Positions 50,601-58,019 of a DNA stretch of 64,000 nucleotides are shown in pieces (position 1 is the stretch's first letter; every line of letters begins with the position of its first letter). The stretch is from a bacterium (GTDB taxonomy: Bacteria; Hinthialibacterota; Hinthialibacteria; Hinthialibacterales; Hinthialibacteraceae), in NCBI GenBank assembly GCA_041946805.1, contig JBHGBC010000007.1, positions 7,527-71,526 on the forward strand, read 5' to 3'. Position numbers and translations under genes: made by a program. The notes beneath the pieces are model-generated. The model had not been told where the DNA came from, searched no databases, and worked only from the letters and a program-made list of their open reading frames with translations.

Positions 50601-51101
50601 ATTTTCCATGCGGAGCCCGTTCGAGTGGCTGTTCCGGAACGTGCAATGCCGGAACCGGGGGGAGGCGTCAAGCACGCGGAACTGGGTGGCCGCCGTGGAG
50701 GAGGCGAAATTGGATCCTCCGCCTTCAATGACGGCGTATTCCAGGCTGCTGGGCCGCCCGGGCGATTCACCGTTGATGAATATCCCGCCCCAGGTGTTGA
50801 CGCCTGCCGCGGGCTGGAAGGTGACCGGCGCGTTCGTTGTTCCTTGCGCATCCAAAACGCCTAGGACTTCCATATCCACGCTGATATCGGCGAATTGTAT
50901 GACGCAGCCGGGAAGGATGGTGAGAGTGATATTTTCCGGCACCGTCAGGTCGCCTTTCACCAGCACCGCCTGGTTGGGTCCCCAGGTGGTATCCGAGGGC
51001 AAGACGCCGGAGATTTCAAGAACTTGTCCCCAACTGGAGAGTACCAAGCTCCCGGACACAAAAAGCCACCCCATCCGACGAATCAAGAGATTGATTTTCA
51101 T
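41643..51101 (-). CDS. giant (3152 aa) secreted repetitive surface protein: ~8 beta-helix-like 185-aa repeats, PPC domain, ~10 CarboxypepD_reg-like domains, helical module, Ig/FN3-like domains, C-terminal dockerin
   Basis: RBS AGGTGGGAAG. Signal peptide present. Tandem repeats carry WGGILF / GGSNFAS / WDYAEIPYL / TIDPGTV motifs, and their antisense frames are also repetitive. Repeated G.V.D..G.P...A.V modules. C-terminus DLNQDGFVNRVDLL...DLNQDGRIDRKDLL is a double dockerin-type calcium-binding segment. Confidence 0.8.
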   Translation of the reverse strand: MKINLLIRRMGWLFVSGSLVLSSWGQVLEISGVLPSDTTWGPNQAVLVKGDLTVPENITLTILPGCVIQFADISVDMEVLGVLDAQGTTNAPVTFQPAAGVNTWGGIFINGESPGRPSSLEYAVIEGGGSNFASSTAATQFRVLDASPRFRHCTFRNSHSNGLRMENSEAVLSDCVFTANAQDAVQMTPSCSPALSNNSATGNRFDGLRIDGGHILETNVWRFSNLPYLVDHDIQIDSGAALTIEAGAVIQFAGIEDDLIAAGKLTAVGASGNPIVFTSLNDEAANSWGGILFSGNETNASLLEYCELRHGGSNFASATQDAMIRCENASPLFRNCRMEASKNHGMCLVNSAAVISSVLFKGNPRAAVTMDTASFPVFTSVTAEGNGFDAIQVRSGSLTASGRWDYAELPYLLAGDVTLESGVTLTIDPATVIQTGDLAVDLLVKGTLHAVGGADQPILFTSMGDKPENRWGGILFTGSTANASVLEHCAVRHGGSNFASAAIDSMIRCESSSPTFNACRVEDSANAGISLIDSQAQLTSIHFVNNRAAALYMDARCFPVFTGITAEGNGYDALLIRGGTILAGGRWDYAEIPYLLDSDITLASGATLTIDPGTVVQSRDIATDFIIQGTLYAAGETGRPIVFTSLKDIPDNAWGGILFSNSGSDGSILKHCQIRYGGTNFASATVDSMIRCEASSPTLSDCWIANSHTNGLSLITSRANVASVRFAANANYAAFMDLQSFPQFTAVSAESNQFDGILILNGTMNSSGRWDYAEIPYLIRNDVVIAPEAMLTIDPGTELQFTDIAADLRVDGALWAVGTVSNPIRFTSLHRTPAPGSWGGIYFSSTTNNAITRLQHCVMEYGGSNFASLTQASMVFCDGASPALENCVFQYSNSDGIWIKNGSPVFIEPVIQNNKGLAAQIFPNAFPVIQDAAAVANRFNAIKIAGGSWTGSGEWIEPGIPYLISEDVEIAPEARITIAKGNTIQFLQISSDLLIKGRLDAAGSDTLPILFTSAQTVPARGHWGALVFTAGSSGRLSQAEVEYGGSNFASEGLESQFRLMAGADVTLENLTLRESLNYGMIAEATAATLTNLSFEDNTRGGLRGDQKAAVEITASRFTKNGQGVAVRDQAQLTLRGNVFQENTDALFTYGDESRIRFGNNQFLGNNRTGSVNFLTAASSEPGNIVSGDQAGLEIGSGELKESGALHALLGGYYEIHRSRTIAPTGSLQIRPGTFIALEGGDAGFVVSGFLGINGQINQPVQLAAPPTVPDATRWSVYAGILLQDEGKGSIRHAVIRNAGIGRAGVEARGLADVSLESCRFEYNQFALRVLQSARMTTAYSRFLNNGTALETNGQSGMDAAVQFSHIVGNQAGVNNLSPSINVNATFNWWGSANGPSGSGPGNGDSVSQGVLFEPWFTSEEQVPDQVLVAREVELHTPYSETVEKYGLKLYKFHAQAGRNLLCRLIHANASSRYHIFAALGYEPSPARYDRRSITPQLRPAYELLMTQTGEGDYYFLVFAIGLADSQETYQIQFDYVDQYVVSLSPTQGGNLGDVTLSLEGSLFQSGVEVRLAGPGGTAISAYEILVPDSTKLHARMNLRGAPIGSYNLEVKWPGGIAQSTFENAFQVTPGIGPRLEAELLAPNAIRPGRTYTLLIRYQNTGDADMTAPVLLLRSEADVPLGLDPDAPLETKPVRFLAVPREGPAGILAPGAEGSIAVYFQSGAANRISFSLEAIQDLNSLVAWDAPEWTAYVDAVGPTWGDYQDALATMATGLWSQGVILAGADELLARLLGPLQQKPGGEIHGRLVDEEYGHPQTGASILIQNISSSGIPAFSTTADTNAEGQFEFINLPSGIYSIEVNGYPGVNPGQINVNEGQIVSGVEWRVPYGGIIEGTVFEMPGRTPFEGVMLTLQDGLGGIRAMVADETGAYRFPALPAGLYSLEALHPSYAAKRYDGLQVWNGRALKEVDFLLEPSVYLNGVVQDADTGQPIANPMIYLKTPQGSLLPAWSFEDGTYSIAELAPGNYELRCQADGYQVLAPLAVTVPESGLNGLTIQMKRGAVCQGRVLDAAAGSPLENAILLFTNLVTQTSDTAQTNALGNFTVSRLTPGIHSVWINATGYELQIRMIEIQSGAANTLGDVLLPPGGSLTGRVLDADGITPLADSLVSAVSVDGVVLGMVMSDGQGGFAFHNLPQRSLTLSALLADYTFPRQTIQVNGNMDGITLIAASGKIAGTITAGTSALGVENAIIEAVPLDPGAEVRQGSMASSGADGQYELNHLVPGNYLLAVIAPGLGRMTQQVTLGDSALSLDFALPAESLVTGKIVSARTGDPVSDAVVLFKEAAGDPGLKSFSAGDGTFTMAGMAAGTYEVHVQAAGFPRYKQSGFAVLESGATPPLSITLPSEDQTVTGTIRDSASLLPLAGAVVIFKLDGLEAARSTASAEGVYQSTPLAVGSYQLDIIFGSQVAKDSVEVTDLSGSFVKDIALPLAPGAGFDPWPITPQFVDTTKKLADDPSASLMNARGFQEYLDGFLDWLSNTNIPADYRLFVTERSGLARDPRVMEMINHAGGLQNWNAIVKNPDAQCRNEAKNVGKLLAQSEYVYMDAWKAKGNANFTWLASGGEVGLQAAVLAGKIAELELAAYEAGAAAVVNGPKIIAAIQKLKEGKVWGQRLLKVLSYIEQYKGRLTFLKDARNNELTWRSIAEEFHTFLGLLAKLKPLMNMIKSEEFKRAFEPVLNLIGIVNESIKLVESTIDAVRSIRDNTNAASGRYHAYQLYVARAQKAFQKYLDCTGEKSPFPQPPTTPVQQTNSPVVVTRDPNEKTGPGGKEAVISGQDPLTYTIFFENTPEATASVQQVILTDDLSNQLDWTSFELSEVAIGGRIIPIPAGHTDHYQRVAWDEYAVDIEARLNPYTGRARWTLTLIDPETGAIPLDGTAGFLPPNDSATGRGEGHVTFRIDPAAGLQPGTAIRNQASIVFDANAAIVTNETIHTLATQPPNPPEALSPVAGAYSPALTPVLQASEYAHPLGTPRKAAQFEIREYTFGTLVWESGSLAPTSQTKIPLGPLQSGQNYEWRVRYQDANEQWSEWSEFAWFTTKAHSLFGDLNQDGFVNRVDLLILIHNWHGSSAADLNQDGRIDRKDLLLFSDRWKGTH

Positions 51102-51223
51102 GGCTTCCCACCTTTTCCCGCCTGGAACCGGGAGCCCGATTGGTAAGGATATGGAGGAGCTATAAAGGATGTGTAATTTTAGCCAAATTCTGGTTAATTT
51201 TCTATCTATTTTTTAAAAAAAGG

Positions 51224-51432
51224 GGTTCATCCGGCAAGTGCGTACTTTTCATCAAATGGCCAACCCGCGACTCGTTGAAGGGACCCATGAAAACCACCCC
51301 CAAAATCCCCTCTCCCTCTGGGAGAGGGCCAGGGTGAGGGAATTCAGGTCGGTGCGGACCTGGAAGTCCGCCCTCATCCCGGGGTGAATGAAATCAATTT
51401 TACAACATCCGGTACGCACTTATCGGATGAAC
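51224..51432. mobile_element. MITE-like ~210-bp element copy B (TTCATCCGGCAAGTGCGTAC...GTACGCACTTATCGGATGAA) with embedded REP core 51307-51340
   Basis: Same architecture as copy A. The terminal inverted repeat positions differ from copy A in a compensatory way. Internal hairpin GCGGACCTGGAAGTCCGC. Confidence 0.7.
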
Positions 51433-51631
51433 CAAAAAAGGGATATAACAAGCGCTTGCTGTGCTTTGAAAAAGGAGCGGTGCACAGTTTTTGAATCCTT
51501 GACAACTCGGGAAGATCATGTCCGTTCCGGCCCGGGATACTCATTATTTCAATTGTTCACAATCACTTCACACCGCGGACCGGTTCCAGCACAATGATGT
51601 TCATAACAAAATAGCAAAGGCTGAATTAGCC

Positions 51632-54139
51632 ATGACCCAAGTTTTCAGTTTCAAATTCCCTAGGCCTTGGTTAATTTTCTGTTTCATGGTGTGGTTTACA
51701 ATGGGGCCCGATGCCTCCATGGCTCAAGAATCCGTTCCCCGGTCCATCGGCGGGATCTATCCGCATCTGGCGTACTGGAATCCCAACGACGAATGCGGCA
51801 CGGGCGCGGTCGTCCCCTGGGCCGGAAAACTCTGGGTGATCACCTACTCCCCGCACTTTCCTCAGGGATCCGAAGACAAACTGTATGAAATCACGCCGGA
51901 TTTACACGTCACGGCCTTTACCGGCAGCGTGGGCGGAACCCCGGCCAACCGCATGATTCACCGGGAAACCAATCAACTCCTCATCGGGCCGTATGTCATC
52001 GATCAGGAAGGCACTGTCCGCGTCATCCCCCCCGCCCAGATGTTCGGACGCCTCACCGGCAACGCCCGTCATCTCTTCGAGCCCGAAAGAAAAATTTACT
52101 ACGCCACGATGGAAGAAGGTTTTTATGAAGTCGATCTGGTCACGCTGGAAGTCAACGAGCTGTTCCGCGACGATCAGGGAAGCATCCAAGGCGGACATCT
52201 GGCTGATAGCGTGACGGCGAAACCGTTGGCGGATTTGCCGGGCTATCATGGCAAAGGCTTTTATTCGGGCCAAGGCCGGGTGATCTACGCGAACAACGGC
52301 GATCCATCGGCCGAGGCCCGCCGCCGTCCCGACGTCCCCTCGGGTTGCCTGGCGGAATGGGATGGCCAAAGCGCGAAATGGAACATCGTCCGCCGCAACC
52401 AATTCTGCGATGTGCGCGGCCCCGGCGGAATTCATGGCAATCCGAATCCGGACACCGATCCGGTGTGGGCAATCGGCTGGGATCACCGTTCCTTGATCCT
52501 GATGTTGTTGGATGGCGGGCAATGGCACGCCTACCGGCTGCCCAAGGCGTCGCATACCTATGACGGCGCGCATGGCTGGAACACCGAATGGCCGCGGATC
52601 CATGACATCGGGGAAGAAGACCTGGTCATGAACATGCACGGGATGTTCTGGCGGTTTCCACGTACCGTTTCGCACAAGAACTCCGCGGGTCTCCGGCCCC
52701 GGTCCACTTATTTGAAAGTCGTGGGGGATTATGGCCGCTGGGGGGACCGGCTGGTGTTCGGCTGTGACGACACGGCCAAAAGCGCGTTTCTCAATACCTG
52801 CCGCGCGAAGGGGAAACTGGCCGCCCCCGGGCAGTCCAATTCCAACCTGTGGTTCGCCAAGCCCTCCATTCTAGATGAACTGGGCCCCCCGCTGGGACGC
52901 GGCGGAGTATGGGCCAACGAGGACGTCAAAGCGAATCAGCCCTCGGATTCGTACCTGTTCCAGGGATTCCAACGACGTGGAGTCCACGTCGAGCACAACA
53001 CGGACGCGCCGGTGAAGTTTACTTTCGAAATCGACCGCGAAGGCAATGGGCAATGGCAATTCTTCCGGGACGTGACCGTCCCGGGGCAATCGGCCACCTG
53101 GTGGTCATTTGATTCGGATGCCCCCGGCATATGGATTCGTGTGTCAACGGATAGAGACTGTCTGGGCGCGTCGGTTCAGTTCGCCTACTCGAACGCGGAC
53201 ACCCGGAGCATGGAAGCCGATCCAATTTTTAATGGCCTGGCCGGGCTGGGATCGCGCAATCTCTCCGGTGGCATCGTGCACGTGCGCGGCCATGATCTGA
53301 AAACGTTGGCTTTCGCGGCCGTGCGGGCATCCGAGGGCAAAATCTCCGAACCCCGCTTTTATGAGTTGGATGGAAACCTGGTTCTAAAACGGGTTGATGA
53401 TCAACCGGCATTGCAATGGACGCTGGACAACTGCGCGATCCCCGAAAATATCCTGATTCATGACGCGGCATCCATAATTTACATTGACGATGACGGCAAC
53501 CGGTGGCGGTTGCCCAAGGGCCATCGTGCATTCGACACCAATGGATGCCTGGGGCCCGCGCGGATCGACCGCGAGGTGGTCACGGAACGGGATCTGTTCC
53601 ATTGCGGCGGGATCTTTTATGAACTGCCCGCGCGCAACGCGGGCGGTTTCGCCAAAATCCGGCCGATTGGCCATCACCATTTCCGGATTCATGATTATTG
53701 CAGCTACCGGGGCATGCTGATCCTGACCGGTGTGGAGACTGATTTTCCGTCCGGTAATCCGCATATCATCCGTTCGGATGACGGCCGTGTGGCGCTATGG
53801 GCGGGCGTGATCGATGATCTGTGGAAGCTGGGCAAACCCGCCGGCGTGGGCGGCCCTTGGAATGACAGCGAAGTTCAAGCGAAGGTTCCATCCGATCCCT
53901 ACTTGATGACCGGCTTTGACAACAAGTCCGTTACCCTGTCCCATCGTTCCCCAAGGCCGGTTACTTTCACCCTGCAGGTAGAAATCGATGGCGCGGGCAC
54001 CTGGGTGGATTACCGATCGTTCACCGTTCCGGCGGGTGAAACCGTGACATATCAATTCCCGCCGGAATTCTCGGCCTATTGGATCCGCGCGGTCAGCGAT
54101 CAGGATACCCAGGCCGGCGTACTATTCACGTACCGGTAA
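51632..54139 (+). CDS. secreted hypothetical protein (835 aa) with internally duplicated C-terminal beta-sandwich-like module
   Basis: Start MTQVFSFKFPRPWLIFCFMVWF (signal peptide) follows the RBS AAAGG. Two homologous ~90-aa segments: NQPSDSYLFQGF...WIRVSTDRD and VPSDPYLMTGF...WIRAVSDQD. No family recognised. Confidence 0.55.
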   Translation: MTQVFSFKFPRPWLIFCFMVWFTMGPDASMAQESVPRSIGGIYPHLAYWNPNDECGTGAVVPWAGKLWVITYSPHFPQGSEDKLYEITPDLHVTAFTGSVGGTPANRMIHRETNQLLIGPYVIDQEGTVRVIPPAQMFGRLTGNARHLFEPERKIYYATMEEGFYEVDLVTLEVNELFRDDQGSIQGGHLADSVTAKPLADLPGYHGKGFYSGQGRVIYANNGDPSAEARRRPDVPSGCLAEWDGQSAKWNIVRRNQFCDVRGPGGIHGNPNPDTDPVWAIGWDHRSLILMLLDGGQWHAYRLPKASHTYDGAHGWNTEWPRIHDIGEEDLVMNMHGMFWRFPRTVSHKNSAGLRPRSTYLKVVGDYGRWGDRLVFGCDDTAKSAFLNTCRAKGKLAAPGQSNSNLWFAKPSILDELGPPLGRGGVWANEDVKANQPSDSYLFQGFQRRGVHVEHNTDAPVKFTFEIDREGNGQWQFFRDVTVPGQSATWWSFDSDAPGIWIRVSTDRDCLGASVQFAYSNADTRSMEADPIFNGLAGLGSRNLSGGIVHVRGHDLKTLAFAAVRASEGKISEPRFYELDGNLVLKRVDDQPALQWTLDNCAIPENILIHDAASIIYIDDDGNRWRLPKGHRAFDTNGCLGPARIDREVVTERDLFHCGGIFYELPARNAGGFAKIRPIGHHHFRIHDYCSYRGMLILTGVETDFPSGNPHIIRSDDGRVALWAGVIDDLWKLGKPAGVGGPWNDSEVQAKVPSDPYLMTGFDNKSVTLSHRSPRPVTFTLQVEIDGAGTWVDYRSFTVPAGETVTYQFPPEFSAYWIRAVSDQDTQAGVLFTYR

Positions 54140-54330
54140 ATCCGTGTCCATTCGATAAAACGGACTTTCCTCGATGGCCGGGATCTCTGCTCGTATTTCA
54201 TTGTCATCCTTCCCGCCTGAAAATGGGAATTCACTTGGCATGATTCCATGTTCGCCGATATGGTATAGAGGGCAAGAGGATTTTCCTCCAGGAATTTCTG
54301 ATAATAAGCGTACAGGCGAGAGAAAATCAC

Positions 54331-54684
54331 ATGTCTATTCAAATCAAACGCGCGTATGATCCGCCGGATCCCGGCGATGGATTCCGGATTCTGGTGGACC
54401 GGATCTGGCCCCGGGGACTGAAAAAGGAAGAGGCGAAAATTGACCTGTGGCTTAAGGACGCCGCTCCCAGCACGGAACTGCGCAGGTGGTTCGATCATCA
54501 ATCCGAACGCTGGGAGGGATTTCAAGAAAAATACCTCGCCGAGTTGAAAGCGCGCCCCGCGGTTCTCGAACCGTTACGGGAAACGTTGCGAAGGGAAAAA
54601 AACGTCACGTTGGTTTTTGCCGCCAAGGATGCCGAACATAACAACGCCGTGGTGCTGCGGGATTATCTGGCGCGTGGACACTAA
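54331..54684 (+). CDS. DUF488 family protein
   Basis: MSIQIKRAYDPPDPGDGFRILVDRIWPRGLKKEEAKIDLWLKDAAPSTELRRWF matches the DUF488 pattern. Confidence 0.6.
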   Translation: MSIQIKRAYDPPDPGDGFRILVDRIWPRGLKKEEAKIDLWLKDAAPSTELRRWFDHQSERWEGFQEKYLAELKARPAVLEPLRETLRREKNVTLVFAAKDAEHNNAVVLRDYLARGH

Positions 54685-54708
54685 CCGTGGCTCCTCGTAA
54701 AATTATTC

Positions 54709-54740
54709 CCACTCCCTCTGGGAGAGGGCCAAGGTGAGGG
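54709..54740. repeat. REP-like element copy (CCCTCTGGGAGAGGGCCAAGGTGAGGG)
   Basis: Intergenic, downstream of the DUF488 gene. Confidence 0.85.
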
Positions 54741-55009
54741 AATACCTTTTCAAAGTGTTTTTACTTCCCAAATCACGCAAATGCCCCTGGTGATCAATCA
54801 TGGATGTTTCCTTTCGGGAAAGGCTCTTCCGTTGCCCGGGTTTTCAACCCCAAATTCCCGGCTCACCTGCTCAAAAGCCGGGGAACATGATATGATTTCT
54901 GGATTCGGCCGCGCGCGGGGGCGAGAAGATATTTCGTACATTTCCCAGGCCCCGGCGGGCGGACACAATCCGCAACGAGAAACGCAGTTGGTCAGGGGAA
55001 TACCGAATA

Positions 55010-56389
55010 GTGGATGAAATGGTCCATATCGAAATACAGAATGCCAAAGCCATAACGCTCCCCGCATGGCATCCCGGCGGTTGGCGGTCGCGGCCGGTTC
55101 TGCAACAGCCCGAGTACGAGGATCCCGCGCGGCTGGAGCAGTGCGTCGACGTGTTGCGCGAGAAACCGCCGCTGGTCGCCCGGGGCGAAGTGGACCGGCT
55201 CCGTTCGATCCTGGCCGAAGCGGTGCGGGGGAAACGGTTCGTCCTGCATGGCGGGGATTGCGCGGAACGGTTCACGGATTGCACCAGCGCGGCCTTGACC
55301 GCCAAACTCCAGGTCCTTTTGCAAATGAGCCTGGTGTTGACGTACGCCACCCGCAAACCGGTGATCCGCATCGGGCGTCTGGCCGGCCAATACGCCAAGC
55401 CCCGCAGCGAACCCTACGAGCGGATCGGACAGGCGCAACTGCCGGTTTACCGCGGCGATCTGGTCAATTCCCATGAAGCGAATCCCGAGGCGCGCCGGGC
55501 GGATCCCGGCCGGATCATCGAGGGGTACCATCACGCGGCCGCCAGCCTGAATTTCATCCGCGCCCTGATCGAGGGCGGTTTCGCCGATTTGCATCATCCC
55601 GAGCAATGGAACCTGGATTTCGTCAAGAACGGCGCGTACAACCAATCCTACCGCCGGGTGGTCGACGCCATCACCGACGCCATCGCCTTCATGGAAACCG
55701 TGGGAGTGTCCGATTCCGCCGAGCATCTCAAACGCATCGAATTTTACACGTCGCATGAGGCGCTGCTGCTTCCGTACGAGGAAGGCCTGACCCGTGGATT
55801 CGGAGAACGGGACTTCTACAATCTGGGCGCGCACTTCCTCTGGCTGGGGTACCGGACCAGTATCCCGGACGGCGCACATGTGGAATACCTGCGGGGGATC
55901 CGCAATCCGGTGGGCATCAAGGTGGGGCCGCGGACGAAACTGGACAACCTGTTGGAAATTCTCGAGCGGCTCGATCCGGAGCGAGAACCGGGGCAGGTTA
56001 CGCTCATCACCCGCTTCGGGGCCGCCCAGGTCGATGCCGGCCTGCCCCTTCTCCTCCACGCCGTCGCGGAGAGCGGCCACCCGGTGTTGTGGAGTTGCGA
56101 TCCCATGCACGGGAACCTCGAATATACCCGCGAGGGACGCAAAACCCGCCGTCTCGGTTCTATCTTTTCCGAGTTGGAACAGACCTTTGCCATCCACAAC
56201 CGCCTGGGTTCGTGCCTGGGGGGGGTCCATTTCGAACTCACCGGCGAGGCGGTCACCGAGTGTGTCGGGGGATCCAGCGGATTGACGGAATCGGACCTGT
56301 CGCAATGCTACGAAACCGCCTGCGATCCCCGGCTCAATGGCGCTCAGGCCCTGGAGATGGCCTTTTTAATCGCGGACCTGCTGCGGTGA
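55010..56389 (+). CDS. aroF: 3-deoxy-7-phosphoheptulonate (DAHP) synthase, class II
   Basis: Class II DAHPS blocks: WRSRPVLQQPEYEDPA, HGGDCAERF, KPRSEPYE, LPVYRGDLVNS, and WCDPMHGN. Exact start is uncertain. Confidence 0.85.
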   Translation: MDEMVHIEIQNAKAITLPAWHPGGWRSRPVLQQPEYEDPARLEQCVDVLREKPPLVARGEVDRLRSILAEAVRGKRFVLHGGDCAERFTDCTSAALTAKLQVLLQMSLVLTYATRKPVIRIGRLAGQYAKPRSEPYERIGQAQLPVYRGDLVNSHEANPEARRADPGRIIEGYHHAAASLNFIRALIEGGFADLHHPEQWNLDFVKNGAYNQSYRRVVDAITDAIAFMETVGVSDSAEHLKRIEFYTSHEALLLPYEEGLTRGFGERDFYNLGAHFLWLGYRTSIPDGAHVEYLRGIRNPVGIKVGPRTKLDNLLEILERLDPEREPGQVTLITRFGAAQVDAGLPLLLHAVAESGHPVLWSCDPMHGNLEYTREGRKTRRLGSIFSELEQTFAIHNRLGSCLGGVHFELTGEAVTECVGGSSGLTESDLSQCYETACDPRLNGAQALEMAFLIADLLR

Positions 56390-56490
56390 AGCTGCGGGGT
56401 TGCTCTCCAGATTCCTAAGCGGAAGCAGGTTGAGACACTAACGGTTTTTTCTCCTTCCGCCGGCGGCGGAGTGGATCGTCTGAGAAAGTC

Positions 56491-56844
56491 ATGAATCCGA
56501 TCCCCATTCCCCCTCTGGATGAAGATCTGTTGGCTGAATGTGACCTGGAAACCTTCCGTTCCAGCGGCAAGGGCGGCCAGAATGTCAACCGGAGGGAAAC
56601 GGCCGTGCGGCTGCGCCACCGCCCCAGCGGGATAGTCGTCGCCTGCCAGCAGGAACGCACGCAATTCCGCAACAAGCAGATCGCCCTGATGATTCTCCGG
56701 CGCAAACTGGAACGCCTGAATCAGCGGCGGCGGCCCCGGGTTGCCACCGCCATGCCCCGCAATGTCCGGGAACGGATTCTGGAATCCAAAAAACGCCACT
56801 CGATCAAAAAACAACTCCGAACCAAACCGGACAGGGACGATTAA
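56491..56844 (+). CDS. arfB: ArfB-like peptidyl-tRNA hydrolase / class-I release-factor-domain ribosome rescue protein
   Basis: GGQ motif in [29 protein letters not shown]. Basic C-terminal tail. 117 aa. Confidence 0.8.
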   Translation: MNPIPIPPLDEDLLAECDLETFRSSGKGGQNVNRRETAVRLRHRPSGIVVACQQERTQFRNKQIALMILRRKLERLNQRRRPRVATAMPRNVRERILESKKRHSIKKQLRTKPDRDD

Positions 56845-57092
56845 GATTTTTCCAATTCCTTTTTGCCGAGGGCTGGGAGCAGGGAATTGGCCCGGGATGG
56901 ATTTTGTGTCCGCCCCGGCCATCCGGTTTTCCTGCTTGGGAATAGGTTTTTTTTCAATTCCCTGTGAGTTTTGTTTGATTTTTCCCTTTGAATATGATAT
57001 AGACGATACGTGCCAGCCAAGGGAAAACCAAATCAGTCGCATTTTTCGGTATCCCGTATCCACGGTCATCGTGCCGGTCCGGATTTCTTTTC

Positions 57093-58019
57093 ATGATCCA
57101 GGTGGAAAATCTCCAGAAAAGTTACGGCAATCTCCGGGCGGTGGATGGGATCTCGTTCGAAGTCCCGGAAGGCGAGTTGTTCGGTTTCTTGGGGCCGAAC
57201 GGGGCGGGGAAAACCACCACCATTTCCATGATATCCGGCTTGTTGAAGCCCGATGCCGGCAGTATCCGGATCGGCGACATCGATGTCTGGCACACGCCCA
57301 AGGCCGCCAAACGGATCTTGGGGCTGGTTCCTCAAGATGTTTCCTTGTACGAGGAACTGACCGGGTGGGAGAACCTCCAGTTCTGGGGCAGCCTGTACGA
57401 TCTGCCGCGCGCCGAATTGAAGGCGAACATTGGTGAATGGCTGGAACGGGTGGGACTGTCCGACCGCGCGCGCGATCCGGTCGCGAAATATTCCGGCGGC
57501 ATGAAGCGGCGGCTGAATCTGGCTGTGGGATTGGTTCATAATCCCAAAGTGGTGCTGCTGGACGAACCGACCGTGGGCATCGATCCCCAGGCGCGCAACG
57601 CCATCATGGAAATCATCCGCGAGATCGCCCGGTCGGGTGTGACGATCTTGTTCACCACGCATCATCTGGAAGAGGCGGAAAGCCTGTGCCAGCGGATCGC
57701 CATCATGGATCACGGCCAGATCCTGGTGACCGGCAGCGTGGCCGAGTTGGCGAAAGTGGTGGGTGACGGCGACATCGTCACCGTGCGCGGCCCCTTTACC
57801 TCCGTGCAACTCAAAACGGTTTTTGAAAACGATGCCCTCCGCTTTTTGAGCCTGGCGGATGGTGAGGCGGTGATCAGTGTGCCCTCCGTGGGCAGCGGTC
57901 TGGCCTTGATCACCCAGCGGCTCAGCGAGGCGGGCATCGAGATCGCTAATTTAACGATCCAAAAACCTACCTTGGAAAGCGTGTTTCTCAAACTGACCGG
58001 AAGAGAGTTGCGCGATTGA
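57093..58019 (+). CDS. ABC transporter ATP-binding protein (ABC-2 exporter type)
   Basis: Walker A GPNGAGKTTT. Signature motif YSGGMKRRLNLAV. Walker B VVLLDEPTVGID. H-loop present. Confidence 0.9.
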   Translation: MIQVENLQKSYGNLRAVDGISFEVPEGELFGFLGPNGAGKTTTISMISGLLKPDAGSIRIGDIDVWHTPKAAKRILGLVPQDVSLYEELTGWENLQFWGSLYDLPRAELKANIGEWLERVGLSDRARDPVAKYSGGMKRRLNLAVGLVHNPKVVLLDEPTVGIDPQARNAIMEIIREIARSGVTILFTTHHLEEAESLCQRIAIMDHGQILVTGSVAELAKVVGDGDIVTVRGPFTSVQLKTVFENDALRFLSLADGEAVISVPSVGSGLALITQRLSEAGIEIANLTIQKPTLESVFLKLTGRELRD

